20,543 nucleotides of DNA from Myxococcales bacterium (lineage in GTDB: Bacteria > Myxococcota > Myxococcia > Myxococcales > Anaeromyxobacteraceae), in assembly GCA_038320275.1 (NCBI GenBank), contig JBBQEB010000059.1, forward strand, positions 1 to 20,543. Reading direction: 5' to 3'. The position numbers and the translations under genes are program-made. Numbering within the stretch: position 1 is the first letter of the stretch; each line of letters opens with the position of its first letter. This document shows positions 1-7,899 of this stretch, one piece after another. The notes below the pieces were generated by a model, which saw only the letters and a list, made by a program, of their open reading frames with translations, searched no databases and was not told where the DNA came from.

Positions 1-435
1 CTGCCGGAGCTGTCCGTTCTGCCACTGCACCTCGGCGGTGAGCCGCTCGTTCTCGCGGTGCAGGCGCGCCGATTCCGCGGCCTGCGCGACGGTGGCGAGC
101 AGCTCCTGCTGGTGCCACGGCTTGGAGATGATGCGGTACACCTCGCCCGAGTTCACCGCCTGCAGCGCCACCTTGAAGTCCTCGGCGGCGGTGCACAGGA
201 TGCGCGCCACCTCGGGCGCGAGAGCGCGCGCGCCCTTGAGGAAGGTGATCCCGTCCATCCCCGGCATCATGTAGTCGGAGATGATGACCACCGGTCGCAG
301 GGCGGGGATCTCCTCCAGCGCCTGTTCGGGCGAGAGGTAGCACCGCGTCGAGAACCCGGCGGCATCGAGGATGCGCGCGAGCGCCCGGAGGATGAGCTCG
401 TCGTCGTCGACGATCAGTACGAGGTCGGAGTCCAT
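1..435 (-). CDS. Response regulator receiver-domain protein, 3' end runs off the window (output domain not visible)
   Basis: Not in the ORF track. My translation from ATG at 435: MDSDLVLIVDDDELILRALARILDAAGFSTRCYLSPEQALEEIPALRPVVIISDYMMPGMDGITFLKGARALAPEVARILCTAAEDFKVALQAVNSGEVYRIISKPWHQQELL... It has the acidic DDD, the phosphoacceptor D in SDYMMPGMDG, conserved T and KPW, then a coiled-coil (LHRENERLTAEV). Confidence 0.9.
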   Translation of the reverse strand, partial: MDSDLVLIVDDDELILRALARILDAAGFSTRCYLSPEQALEEIPALRPVVIISDYMMPGMDGITFLKGARALAPEVARILCTAAEDFKVALQAVNSGEVYRIISKPWHQQELLATVAQAAESARLHRENERLTAEVQWQNGQLRQ

Positions 436-524
436 GCGCGTGCGCAGCGGCTGGCGCGCGCCATCTTACCCCCGGGTGCCGGGCGAAGCGCAACCGGGGA
501 GAGGGCAATGCGCTCCGGGGCCGC

Positions 525-1985
525 TCAGAAACTCCCCAAAAACTCGTCGTTGGTATCGAACTCCGTCAGCTTCTTCAGGAGCCGCTCCATCGCCTCCACC
601 GGCTTCATGGAGGCGAGCGCGGCCCGCAGCTTGCGAATCTTGTCGATCTCCTTGGGCAGGAAGAGCTTCTCCTCCTTGCGCGTGCCCGAGGCGGCGATGT
701 CGATGGCCGGGAAGATGCGTCGCTCGGCGAGCTGTCGCGAGAGCACCACCTCCATGTTGCCGGTGCCCTTGAACTCCTCGAAGATGACCTCGTCCATGCG
801 CGAGCCGGTGTCGATGAGCGCGGTCGCGATGATGGTGAGCGAGCCGCCCTCCTCCGCCTTGCGCGCAGAACCGAACAACCGCTTCGGGCGCTCCAGCGCC
901 CGGCTGTCGACGCCGCCGGTCAAGGTGCGGCCGGAGGACTCCACCTCACGGTTGTAGGCGCGCGCGAGGCGGGTGATGGAGTCGAGCAGGACCACCACGT
1001 CCTTGCCGCCCTCGACGAGGCGGCGCGCCCGCTCCATGGCCATCTCGGCGGCGTGGATGTGCTCCTCCGCGGGGCGGTCGTTGGACGATCCCACCACCTC
1101 CCCCTGGACGTTGCGGCGCATGTCGGTGAGCTCCTCGGGCCGCTCGTCCACGAGGAGAACCATGAGGTGCACGTCGGGCCGGTTGGCCGTGATGGCCTGC
1201 GCGATCCGCTGCAGCATGATGGTCTTGCCGGCCTTCGGCGGCGAGGTGATGAGGCCGCGGGCACCGAGGCCGATGGGCGCGATGAGGTCGAGCACGCGCC
1301 CCACCAGCTCTTCCGAGCGCGTCTCCATGAGGAGCTTCTCGGTGGGGTCGGTGGCGGTGAGATTGTGGAAGTGGGTGCGCCGCGCGACGGCGATGGGGTC
1401 GGCGTTCTCGACCAGGTCCACGCGGGCCAGGACGCGCTTCATGTTGCGGACCGTGGCGGCGCCCTTCACGAGCACGCCCGGCTGGAGGTGCATGCGCTCC
1501 ACCAGCCAGCGCGGCACCTCGACGTCGAAGGGCTGTGCGAGGTAGCTGCGCTTGGGATCGCGGAGCCAGCCGAGCCCTTTGCCCTCGTACTGCAGCACGC
1601 CCTCGACCTCCTCGGTCACCTCGGGTTGAGCCTGAGCCTGAGCCTGGGGAGCTGCGCCCGCGGCACCGTTTCCGCCCTGGGGCGACGCCGCGCCATTGGG
1701 AACAGGAGCTCCGGGCGCGCCGCCCGGCAGGTTGCCACGTCCGCGCCGGCCGCGCCGACGCCTGCGCCTGCGGCCCGTGCCGCCCGGTCCAGCTGGGCCC
1801 GGCGCGCCACCGGCCTGGGAGGCGCCATCGGGCATCTCGGGGCCGTCCGAACCCTCTGGCTCGTCCAGGCCGTCCGGTCCGTCGTCGGCCGGATCGCGCC
1901 CGTCGTCGGAAGCATCCGCCGCTGGGACGGGAGAGGCGGGAGCGGGCGCGTCGCCCGGCACCGGGATCTGCTCGTTCTCGGTCAT
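525..1985 (-). CDS. rho: Transcription termination factor Rho with N-terminal low-complexity extension
   Basis: Rho motifs APIGLGARGLITSPPKAGKT (Walker A), LLVDERPEE, LLDSITRLARAYN, SGRTLTGGVD, TALIDTGSRMDEVIFEEFKGTGNME, FPAIDIAASGTRKEE. Start set at ATG 1985 (MTENEQ) with GGAG upstream, not the track's 2168. Confidence 0.95.
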   Translation of the reverse strand: MTENEQIPVPGDAPAPASPVPAADASDDGRDPADDGPDGLDEPEGSDGPEMPDGASQAGGAPGPAGPGGTGRRRRRRRGRRGRGNLPGGAPGAPVPNGAASPQGGNGAAGAAPQAQAQAQPEVTEEVEGVLQYEGKGLGWLRDPKRSYLAQPFDVEVPRWLVERMHLQPGVLVKGAATVRNMKRVLARVDLVENADPIAVARRTHFHNLTATDPTEKLLMETRSEELVGRVLDLIAPIGLGARGLITSPPKAGKTIMLQRIAQAITANRPDVHLMVLLVDERPEELTDMRRNVQGEVVGSSNDRPAEEHIHAAEMAMERARRLVEGGKDVVVLLDSITRLARAYNREVESSGRTLTGGVDSRALERPKRLFGSARKAEEGGSLTIIATALIDTGSRMDEVIFEEFKGTGNMEVVLSRQLAERRIFPAIDIAASGTRKEEKLFLPKEIDKIRKLRAALASMKPVEAMERLLKKLTEFDTNDEFLGSF

Positions 1986-2183
1986 GCTCTTGTCTGCTCC
2001 GGCCACGGGGCGTGTCGCTCGCCGCGGCGGTACTTGCCTGGCCTGGGTACGGCTTTGGACCGCGGGACGAATGCCACTTCCGCGAGCCCCGCCCCTCGTT
2101 CCCCGCGACTTCGCCGATTCATCCTGTGGCGCGTCGACCGTGTGGGGAGCCCGGCGTCCGAGGGGCATCCCCTCGTCGTTTGC

Positions 2184-2212
2184 AACCTAAAGCGGAAACG
2201 GAGAGCTTACAA
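2184..2212 (-). promoter_or_regulatory. Putative sigma70-type promoter for rho
   Basis: Minus strand reads TTGTAA (2212-2207), a 17-nt spacer, then TAGGTT (2189-2184), within an AT-enriched intergenic patch. Confidence 0.6.
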
Positions 2213-2259
2213 CCTGTTCATACCAAAACTGGCGACGAAGCGGAAGCGCGGGATGCTTC

Positions 2260-4800
2260 TCACGGAGCGCGGGGCGCGCTGTCCGGCCCTCCGTGGAGGC
2301 CGGTGGAGCTCATCGGCAGCGCGACCACGGGCCCTATCTGGAGGAGGAGCGCTGCCGCGCGGAGCTCGGGCACCGCGGCCGCAAGATCCGTCACGGGCGA
2401 GGAGGACAGAGCGGCGAGGCCGCCCGTGAGCCGGGAGAGGACGCTGCGCTCGGGCTCCACGTTCCTGAGCTCCACGTCCGCATCCGGCGCGAGCCCGGCA
2501 CGCACCTTCGCGAGGAGGATGGCGTCCTCGAGCGACCCCATCCCGTCCACGAGCCCGCGAGACATCGCCTGCGCCCCCGTCCACACCTGCCCGGCCGCCA
2601 CCGCGTCCACCGCCTCCATGGTCATGTGCCGCCCCTCGGCCACGCGCGAGAGGAAGAGTCCGTAGAAGGAGAGGACCTGCTTCTCCACCAGGGCGCGCTC
2701 GTCGGCCGTCCAGCGACGGGTGAGCGAGGTGAGGTCGGCGTGCAACCCCCGCCGCAGCGTCACCTCGTTCACCCCGAGCTTGTGCAGGAGGCCCGAGAGG
2801 TCCGGCTTCACGGCGAACACGCCGATGGAGCCGGTGAGCGTGGAGGGCTCCGCCAGGATGGCGTCCGCCGCGACCGCCACCAGGTAGCCCCCGCTCGCCG
2901 CGACGTCGCCCATGGAGGCGATGACCGGTTTCCCCTTGCGCCGCGCCCGGGCCACCTCGCGCCAGACGAGGTCTGAAGCGAGCCCGTCTCCGCCGGGCGA
3001 GTCGATGCGCAGCACGATGGCCGTGACGGCGCGGTCGGAGGAGGCCCGGTCGATGAGGCGGGACAGCGTCTCGGCTCCGGCGATGCCCCCGGCCAGCGGC
3101 TCGGACCGGCTCTCTCCGCCCGCGATGACGCCCTCCACCCGGATGATCGCCACGACCGGCCTCGAGCCCCATCGCTGGGCGGCGCGCTCCGGCGCGCGCT
3201 CGAGTCGCTCCGCCAGGTGGAGGCTGCGGCCGGCGAGCCGCGAGGCGGCGGCGTCGAGCTCGTCCGGCCAGGCCACCCCGTCGATGAGCCCGGCAGCCCG
3301 GGCCTCCTCGGCGCTGAAGATGCCGACGTCCACCAGCTCCCGGACGCGCGCCTCGGCGAGCCCGCGGGAGAGCGCGATGGCGCGCACCTCGCGGCCGAAC
3401 ACGTCGTCGAGGATGCGGTCCGTCGCCTCGCGCTGGGCCTCGCTCATGCCGGTGCGAACGAGCGGGTCGGGGGCGTTCTTGAAGCGCCCGGCCGCCACCA
3501 CGTCGAAGCCCACCCCGAGCTTGTCGAGTCCCTCCTTGATGAACGAAGTGGAGGAGGAGAGGCCCGACGGAAACAGGGCGGTGGCGGTGGGCGCCAGCAC
3601 CGACGACGCGGCGGTCGCCAGGTAGTACTCCTTCATCCCACCGCCGGACAGGTACGCCAGCACCGGCTTCTTCGCCTTCACCTGCAGCAGGGTCGCGCGC
3701 AGCTCCTCGATGCGGCCGCGCCCGACCGGCAGGCTGTCGATCTTGATGGCCAGCGCGGGCACGCCTGCATCGTCGCGCGCCTCGGCGAGGCGGCGGAGCA
3801 GCGTGCCGTAGGGGTCCCGATCGCCTCCGAAGAGCGAGCGCGAGGGGGACAGCGCCCGCGCCAGGTCGACCACGGGGACCGTCGAGCCCCTGCCCGCGAG
3901 GGCGCGGTAGCGCTGGGACGAGAGCCTCGCGCCGAGAAGCCAGCTGGAGTCCGCGCCCTCGCCGCCGCCGCCCCCTGCGACGAGGCCCACGTGCGCCCCG
4001 TGGACCGCCAGCGTGAGGAGGGCATAGGTGGCAGGCTGTGGACCGCAGCCGCCACACTTCAGCCGGGACTCCAGGGGGAGCTGGAGCTGGCCACCCACCG
4101 CGATCCCCGTATGGCCTATCTCCACCTGTGCGCCCAGCGCCAGCGCGTCGAGCGCGAGATCGTCGCGCGCGCGGTCCGTGCCGAGGAGGTCGGCGGTCAG
4201 GGTGACCGCGTCGTCCAGAAAGCGGGTCCCCGCCCCGGCGGCGTAGCGGATGGGGAGGCGGTGCCCGCCGAGGCTCCCGTTCATGCCCAGCGCCGAGAGC
4301 CCCAGCGAGAGGTGGCGCCAGGGGCGCAGGGTGAGGCCGATATCCAGGCTGGAGAGAGCGTCCAGGTCGCGCTGCGGTGAGGCGTACGCATTCCACGCCA
4401 GCCCGAAGGACGCCGTCTGGCCGGCGGCCAGCGCGAGGCCGAGGGAGGTCTTGCGAAACCGCGACCCGCCGCCCTCGACAGGGCGGATCCACTGCATGGC
4501 GAGGGTGGGGACCACCGGGCCCAGCCCCTGGGACGCCCAGAAGCCGTCGCCCGCGTGCCCGGTCCCGCTTCGCCCCTCGTGGAAATAGAGGAGCGTGAAG
4601 TCGTCGACGAAGCCCGTGCCGGCGGGATTGATCTGCAGGGCGGTCGGCTCCTCGGCCCCCGCCACGCTGGCGTTGGGGACGGCGATTCCGGCGGGAGAGC
4701 GCTGCGCGCGATCGTACAGGTGAACCGTCTGGGCCGAGGCGGCCAGCGGCAAAGCGGCGAAGGCCAGGACGGCGAGCGAGGCCGAGCGGGCGAGGCTCAC
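2260..4800 (-). CDS. sppA: Signal peptide peptidase SppA (protease IV, S49, tandem-domain type) with an extra N-terminal domain
   Basis: AIVLRIDSPGG, KPVIASMGDVAASGGY (catalytic Ser), TLTGSIGV, GQVWTGAQA..GLVD, and first-domain YYLA / GRFKNA (catalytic Lys). GTG start at 4800 overlaps the thyX TGA (GTGA) and is followed by a signal peptide (..LAVLAFAALPLAASA|Q). Confidence 0.9.
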   Translation of the reverse strand: MSLARSASLAVLAFAALPLAASAQTVHLYDRAQRSPAGIAVPNASVAGAEEPTALQINPAGTGFVDDFTLLYFHEGRSGTGHAGDGFWASQGLGPVVPTLAMQWIRPVEGGGSRFRKTSLGLALAAGQTASFGLAWNAYASPQRDLDALSSLDIGLTLRPWRHLSLGLSALGMNGSLGGHRLPIRYAAGAGTRFLDDAVTLTADLLGTDRARDDLALDALALGAQVEIGHTGIAVGGQLQLPLESRLKCGGCGPQPATYALLTLAVHGAHVGLVAGGGGGEGADSSWLLGARLSSQRYRALAGRGSTVPVVDLARALSPSRSLFGGDRDPYGTLLRRLAEARDDAGVPALAIKIDSLPVGRGRIEELRATLLQVKAKKPVLAYLSGGGMKEYYLATAASSVLAPTATALFPSGLSSSTSFIKEGLDKLGVGFDVVAAGRFKNAPDPLVRTGMSEAQREATDRILDDVFGREVRAIALSRGLAEARVRELVDVGIFSAEEARAAGLIDGVAWPDELDAAASRLAGRSLHLAERLERAPERAAQRWGSRPVVAIIRVEGVIAGGESRSEPLAGGIAGAETLSRLIDRASSDRAVTAIVLRIDSPGGDGLASDLVWREVARARRKGKPVIASMGDVAASGGYLVAVAADAILAEPSTLTGSIGVFAVKPDLSGLLHKLGVNEVTLRRGLHADLTSLTRRWTADERALVEKQVLSFYGLFLSRVAEGRHMTMEAVDAVAAGQVWTGAQAMSRGLVDGMGSLEDAILLAKVRAGLAPDADVELRNVEPERSVLSRLTGGLAALSSSPVTDLAAAVPELRAAALLLQIGPVVALPMSSTGLHGGPDSAPRAP

Positions 4801-5621
4801 GCCTCCTCGTTGCCGGCGTCCTCGACCCGCCGGAGGTCGGCCTCCTGCAGCGGGACGAGGTTGCCCGAGGCGTACTCCCGGAAGACCCGGAAGATCTGTT
4901 CCTTGTGCGGCCTCACCTTGCCGATGGGGCACATTTCCCAGTCCTTCACCGGCTCGTCGCAGTACCCGGTGCGGCGGTCGCCGCACTTGGGCTGGATGTA
5001 CTGCGCGACCTCCGGGATGGCCTTCGCCACCTCGCGCCGCATGAGCGCCACCATGTGGCGGATCTCCCACTGCGCCCGCCAGCACAGGCGTAGGTCGGCG
5101 ATGTGCAGGAGCTCCGCGAAGTTCACCATGATCTGGAAGTTGGTGGGCGTGGCGTTGGGCAGGACGAAGCGCGCGTCCTCGGCGGGGATGCCGCGCTCGA
5201 GGGCGAGGCCGTACACGCGCGTGATCTCGGCCATGAGCCGGTCGTATTCGTCCTTCATGCCGGGCGTGCTCACCCAGGTCTTGGGCGTGACGTAGTCGAG
5301 CCGATCCTGCCGGTACTTCACGTAGCGCTGGGACTGCTGCTCGAACGAGATGCCGATGCGATGGCGCACGAACTGGTGCGAGAGCGAGCGCGACACCCCC
5401 GAGATCCCGAACCAGAAGACCACCTGCTCCAGCGGCGAGGCGTGCCCGGTCTTGAGCCGCTCCTGGATGAAGTCGCGGATGGTCTCCTGGGAGATGCGGC
5501 CGTCGCCGATCTCGCTCCAGACCTCGCGCGGCGTCTTGGGCGTGTAACAGGTGCGATACGCCCCGTAGAGCTTGGTGAGGGGGTCTCGGGCGTGATCGAT
5601 GAGCGTGACCTGGAGCGGCAT
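4797..5621 (-). CDS. thyX: FAD-dependent thymidylate synthase ThyX
   Basis: GHASPLE, ISGVSRSLSHQFVRHRIGISFEQQSQRY (RHRx7-8S signature), EDARFVLPNA, LRLCWRAQWEIR. Start at ATG 5621 (MPLQVTLI). Confidence 0.95.
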   Translation of the reverse strand: MPLQVTLIDHARDPLTKLYGAYRTCYTPKTPREVWSEIGDGRISQETIRDFIQERLKTGHASPLEQVVFWFGISGVSRSLSHQFVRHRIGISFEQQSQRYVKYRQDRLDYVTPKTWVSTPGMKDEYDRLMAEITRVYGLALERGIPAEDARFVLPNATPTNFQIMVNFAELLHIADLRLCWRAQWEIRHMVALMRREVAKAIPEVAQYIQPKCGDRRTGYCDEPVKDWEMCPIGKVRPHKEQIFRVFREYASGNLVPLQEADLRRVEDAGNEEA

Positions 5622-5743
5622 GGTGGAGAAGGTAGCGCGCGCCTCTGACCACGCCGGAGCGCGCCCCATCCGAGCGCGCCATGCCCGGCGGCACAGGCCG
5701 TAGAACCTGTGCCCACGCCCGCGCCCGCCGCCCGGAGGCTCCC

Positions 5744-7867
5744 TTGGCCCAGACGAAGCTCGCCGCCGCCCTCGCGTTGCTTGCGCTCGCCTCCTGCAAG
5801 ACTTCGAGCCCACCGGCTGGTCAGGCCGGCGCGCCGGAAGGCAAAAGCCCGGCAGCCGCGGCGCGAGTGCCCGCCCAGGCCACAGCGCCGGCTCCTGCCG
5901 TGCCCGGGATCGACCCGGCCATCCTCGACGCCACCGTGAAGCCGTGCGACGACTTCTACCGCTACGCGTGCGGAGGTTGGATGGCTCGCACGCCCATTCC
6001 TCCGGACCGGTCGCGCTGGAACCGCAGCTTCTCGGTGATCGAAGAGTCCAACCTGGTCCGGCTGCGCGAGATCGCCGAGGCCGACGCGGCGGGAAAGGTC
6101 GACCCTGCCGACCGGTACGGCGCCAAGGTGGGCGCCTATTACGCGGCCTGCATGGACGAGGCGGGCATCGAGGCGCGCGGGGTCGAGCACCTCCAGGCCG
6201 CGTGGGCCCACATCGACGCCGCGGCCGACGTTCCGGCGCTGGCGGTACAGGTGGCGAGGCTGCACGCCCACGGGGTGAGCGCGTTCTTCTCCATCGGGAG
6301 CGAGCAGGACGCCAAGGACGCCACGCAGGTGATCGGCGTCGTCGAGCAGGGTGGGCTCTCGCTTCCCGACCGAGACTACTACCTGAAGGATGATCCGAAG
6401 AGCGCGGCGATCCAGCAGAGCTATCGCGAGCATCTGGCGCGCATGCTCGTCCTCGCGGGCGAGGATGGGCCCCGCGCCGGGTGCGAGGCGGAGGCGGTCT
6501 ACGCCCTGGAGCGCTCCCTCGCAGAATCGCACTGGACCAGGGTGGAGCAGCGCGACCCGAAGCGCGTCTACAACCGCGTCGATCTCGTCGGCCTGGAGAG
6601 GGCGGCCCCGCGCTTTCCCTGGAAGGACTACCTGCGCGACCTGGGGTACCCCGACCTGACCGCTTTCAACGCGACCACGCCTCGGGCCCTGACGCGCCTC
6701 GACGAGGTGCTGGCGAAGACGCCCCCCGCGACGATCCGCGCATACCTCCGCTGGAAGGTGCTGGCCGCGGCCTCCACCGCCCGGGCTCTGCCGAGGCGGT
6801 TCTTCGACGAGCGGTTCGCCTTCTCCAGCAAAAACTTCACCGGCGCGAAGGAGCCAGTGGCTCGGTGGAAAGGCTGCGTGCGCGCGACCGACGAGGCGCT
6901 GGGTGAGGCGCTGGGACAGGCCTTCGTCCGGCGCTACTTCGGGGCGGACGGGAAGGTGAAGTCGCAGGAGCTCGTCGCAGGGGTCGAGGCGGCCATGGGC
7001 AAAGACCTCGACGGCCTCGCCTGGATGGACGGTCCCACCCGTGGGCGCGCGCGCGAGAAGCTCGCCAAGGTGGCCAACAAGGTGGGCTACCCCGACCGGT
7101 GGCGCGACTACGACGCGCTGACGCTCGATCGATCGTCGTATTTCGCGAGTGTCCTCGCCGCTCGCGCGTTCGAGCAGCACCGGCAGCTCGCAAAGATCGG
7201 CAAGCCCCTCGACCGCAACGAGTGGGAAATGTCGCCACCCACCGTGAATGCCTACTACGACGGCTCGATGAACGAGATGGCCTTCCCCGCAGGGATCCTC
7301 CAGCCGCCCATGTACGCGCGGGGCGCGCCCGAGGCCGTCAACTACGGCGCCATCGGGGTGGTGGTCGGCCACGAGCTCACGCACGGCTTCGATGATCAGG
7401 GCCGCCAGTACGACGCGGTGGGGAACCTCACCGACTGGTGGACGCCGTCGGTGAGCGCCGAGTTCGACCGGCGCGTCTCCTGCGTCGCCGACCAGTTCAG
7501 CGGCTACACGGCGGTGGACGAGGTGAAGCTGAACGGCCGGCTCACCCTGGGCGAGAACATCGCGGACCTAGGCGGGGTGAAGCTGTCGCACGCGGCCTAC
7601 GCCGCATCGCGCAAGGGCAAGCCGCCCGAGGCGCCGGTGGCAGGCTTCTCGCCAGAGCAGGCCTTCTTCCTGGGCTTTGCACAGGCCTGGTGCGAGAGCA
7701 CGCGCCCGGAACAGGCGCGCATGTACGCGGCAGTGGACCCGCACTCGCCCGGGCGCTGGCGCGTCAACGGGCCCCTCTCCAACCTGCCGGAGTTCGCCAA
7801 GGCGTTCTCCTGCCCGGCGGGGAGCGCGATGGTGCGTCCCCCGGAGAAGCGCTGCGAGGTGTGGTGA
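5744..7867 (+). CDS. M13 family (neprilysin/PepO-like) zinc metallopeptidase, lipoprotein
   Basis: PCDDFYRYACGGW, VNAYY, FPAGILQPP, NYGAIGVVVGHELTHGFDDQG (HExxH), TLGENIADLGG, DPHSP..RVNG, C-terminal CEVW. Likely TTG start at 5744 after GGAGG, with lipobox LASC. Confidence 0.93.
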   Translation: MAQTKLAAALALLALASCKTSSPPAGQAGAPEGKSPAAAARVPAQATAPAPAVPGIDPAILDATVKPCDDFYRYACGGWMARTPIPPDRSRWNRSFSVIEESNLVRLREIAEADAAGKVDPADRYGAKVGAYYAACMDEAGIEARGVEHLQAAWAHIDAAADVPALAVQVARLHAHGVSAFFSIGSEQDAKDATQVIGVVEQGGLSLPDRDYYLKDDPKSAAIQQSYREHLARMLVLAGEDGPRAGCEAEAVYALERSLAESHWTRVEQRDPKRVYNRVDLVGLERAAPRFPWKDYLRDLGYPDLTAFNATTPRALTRLDEVLAKTPPATIRAYLRWKVLAAASTARALPRRFFDERFAFSSKNFTGAKEPVARWKGCVRATDEALGEALGQAFVRRYFGADGKVKSQELVAGVEAAMGKDLDGLAWMDGPTRGRAREKLAKVANKVGYPDRWRDYDALTLDRSSYFASVLAARAFEQHRQLAKIGKPLDRNEWEMSPPTVNAYYDGSMNEMAFPAGILQPPMYARGAPEAVNYGAIGVVVGHELTHGFDDQGRQYDAVGNLTDWWTPSVSAEFDRRVSCVADQFSGYTAVDEVKLNGRLTLGENIADLGGVKLSHAAYAASRKGKPPEAPVAGFSPEQAFFLGFAQAWCESTRPEQARMYAAVDPHSPGRWRVNGPLSNLPEFAKAFSCPAGSAMVRPPEKRCEVW

Positions 7868-7869
7868 GG

Positions 7870-7899
7870 GCGAGGGTGAGGGCGCGCCCTCACCCTCGC
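7870..7899. repeat. Perfect 30-bp palindrome between convergent genes
   Basis: GCGAGGGTGAGGGCG|CGCCCTCACCCTCGC; the two halves are exact reverse complements and there is no U-tract. Confidence 0.85.

Noticed and set aside
4801..5799. 1179-aa SppA fusion in the ORF track
   Set aside because: The upstream part is an off-frame read of thyX; the signal peptide begins at GTG 4800.
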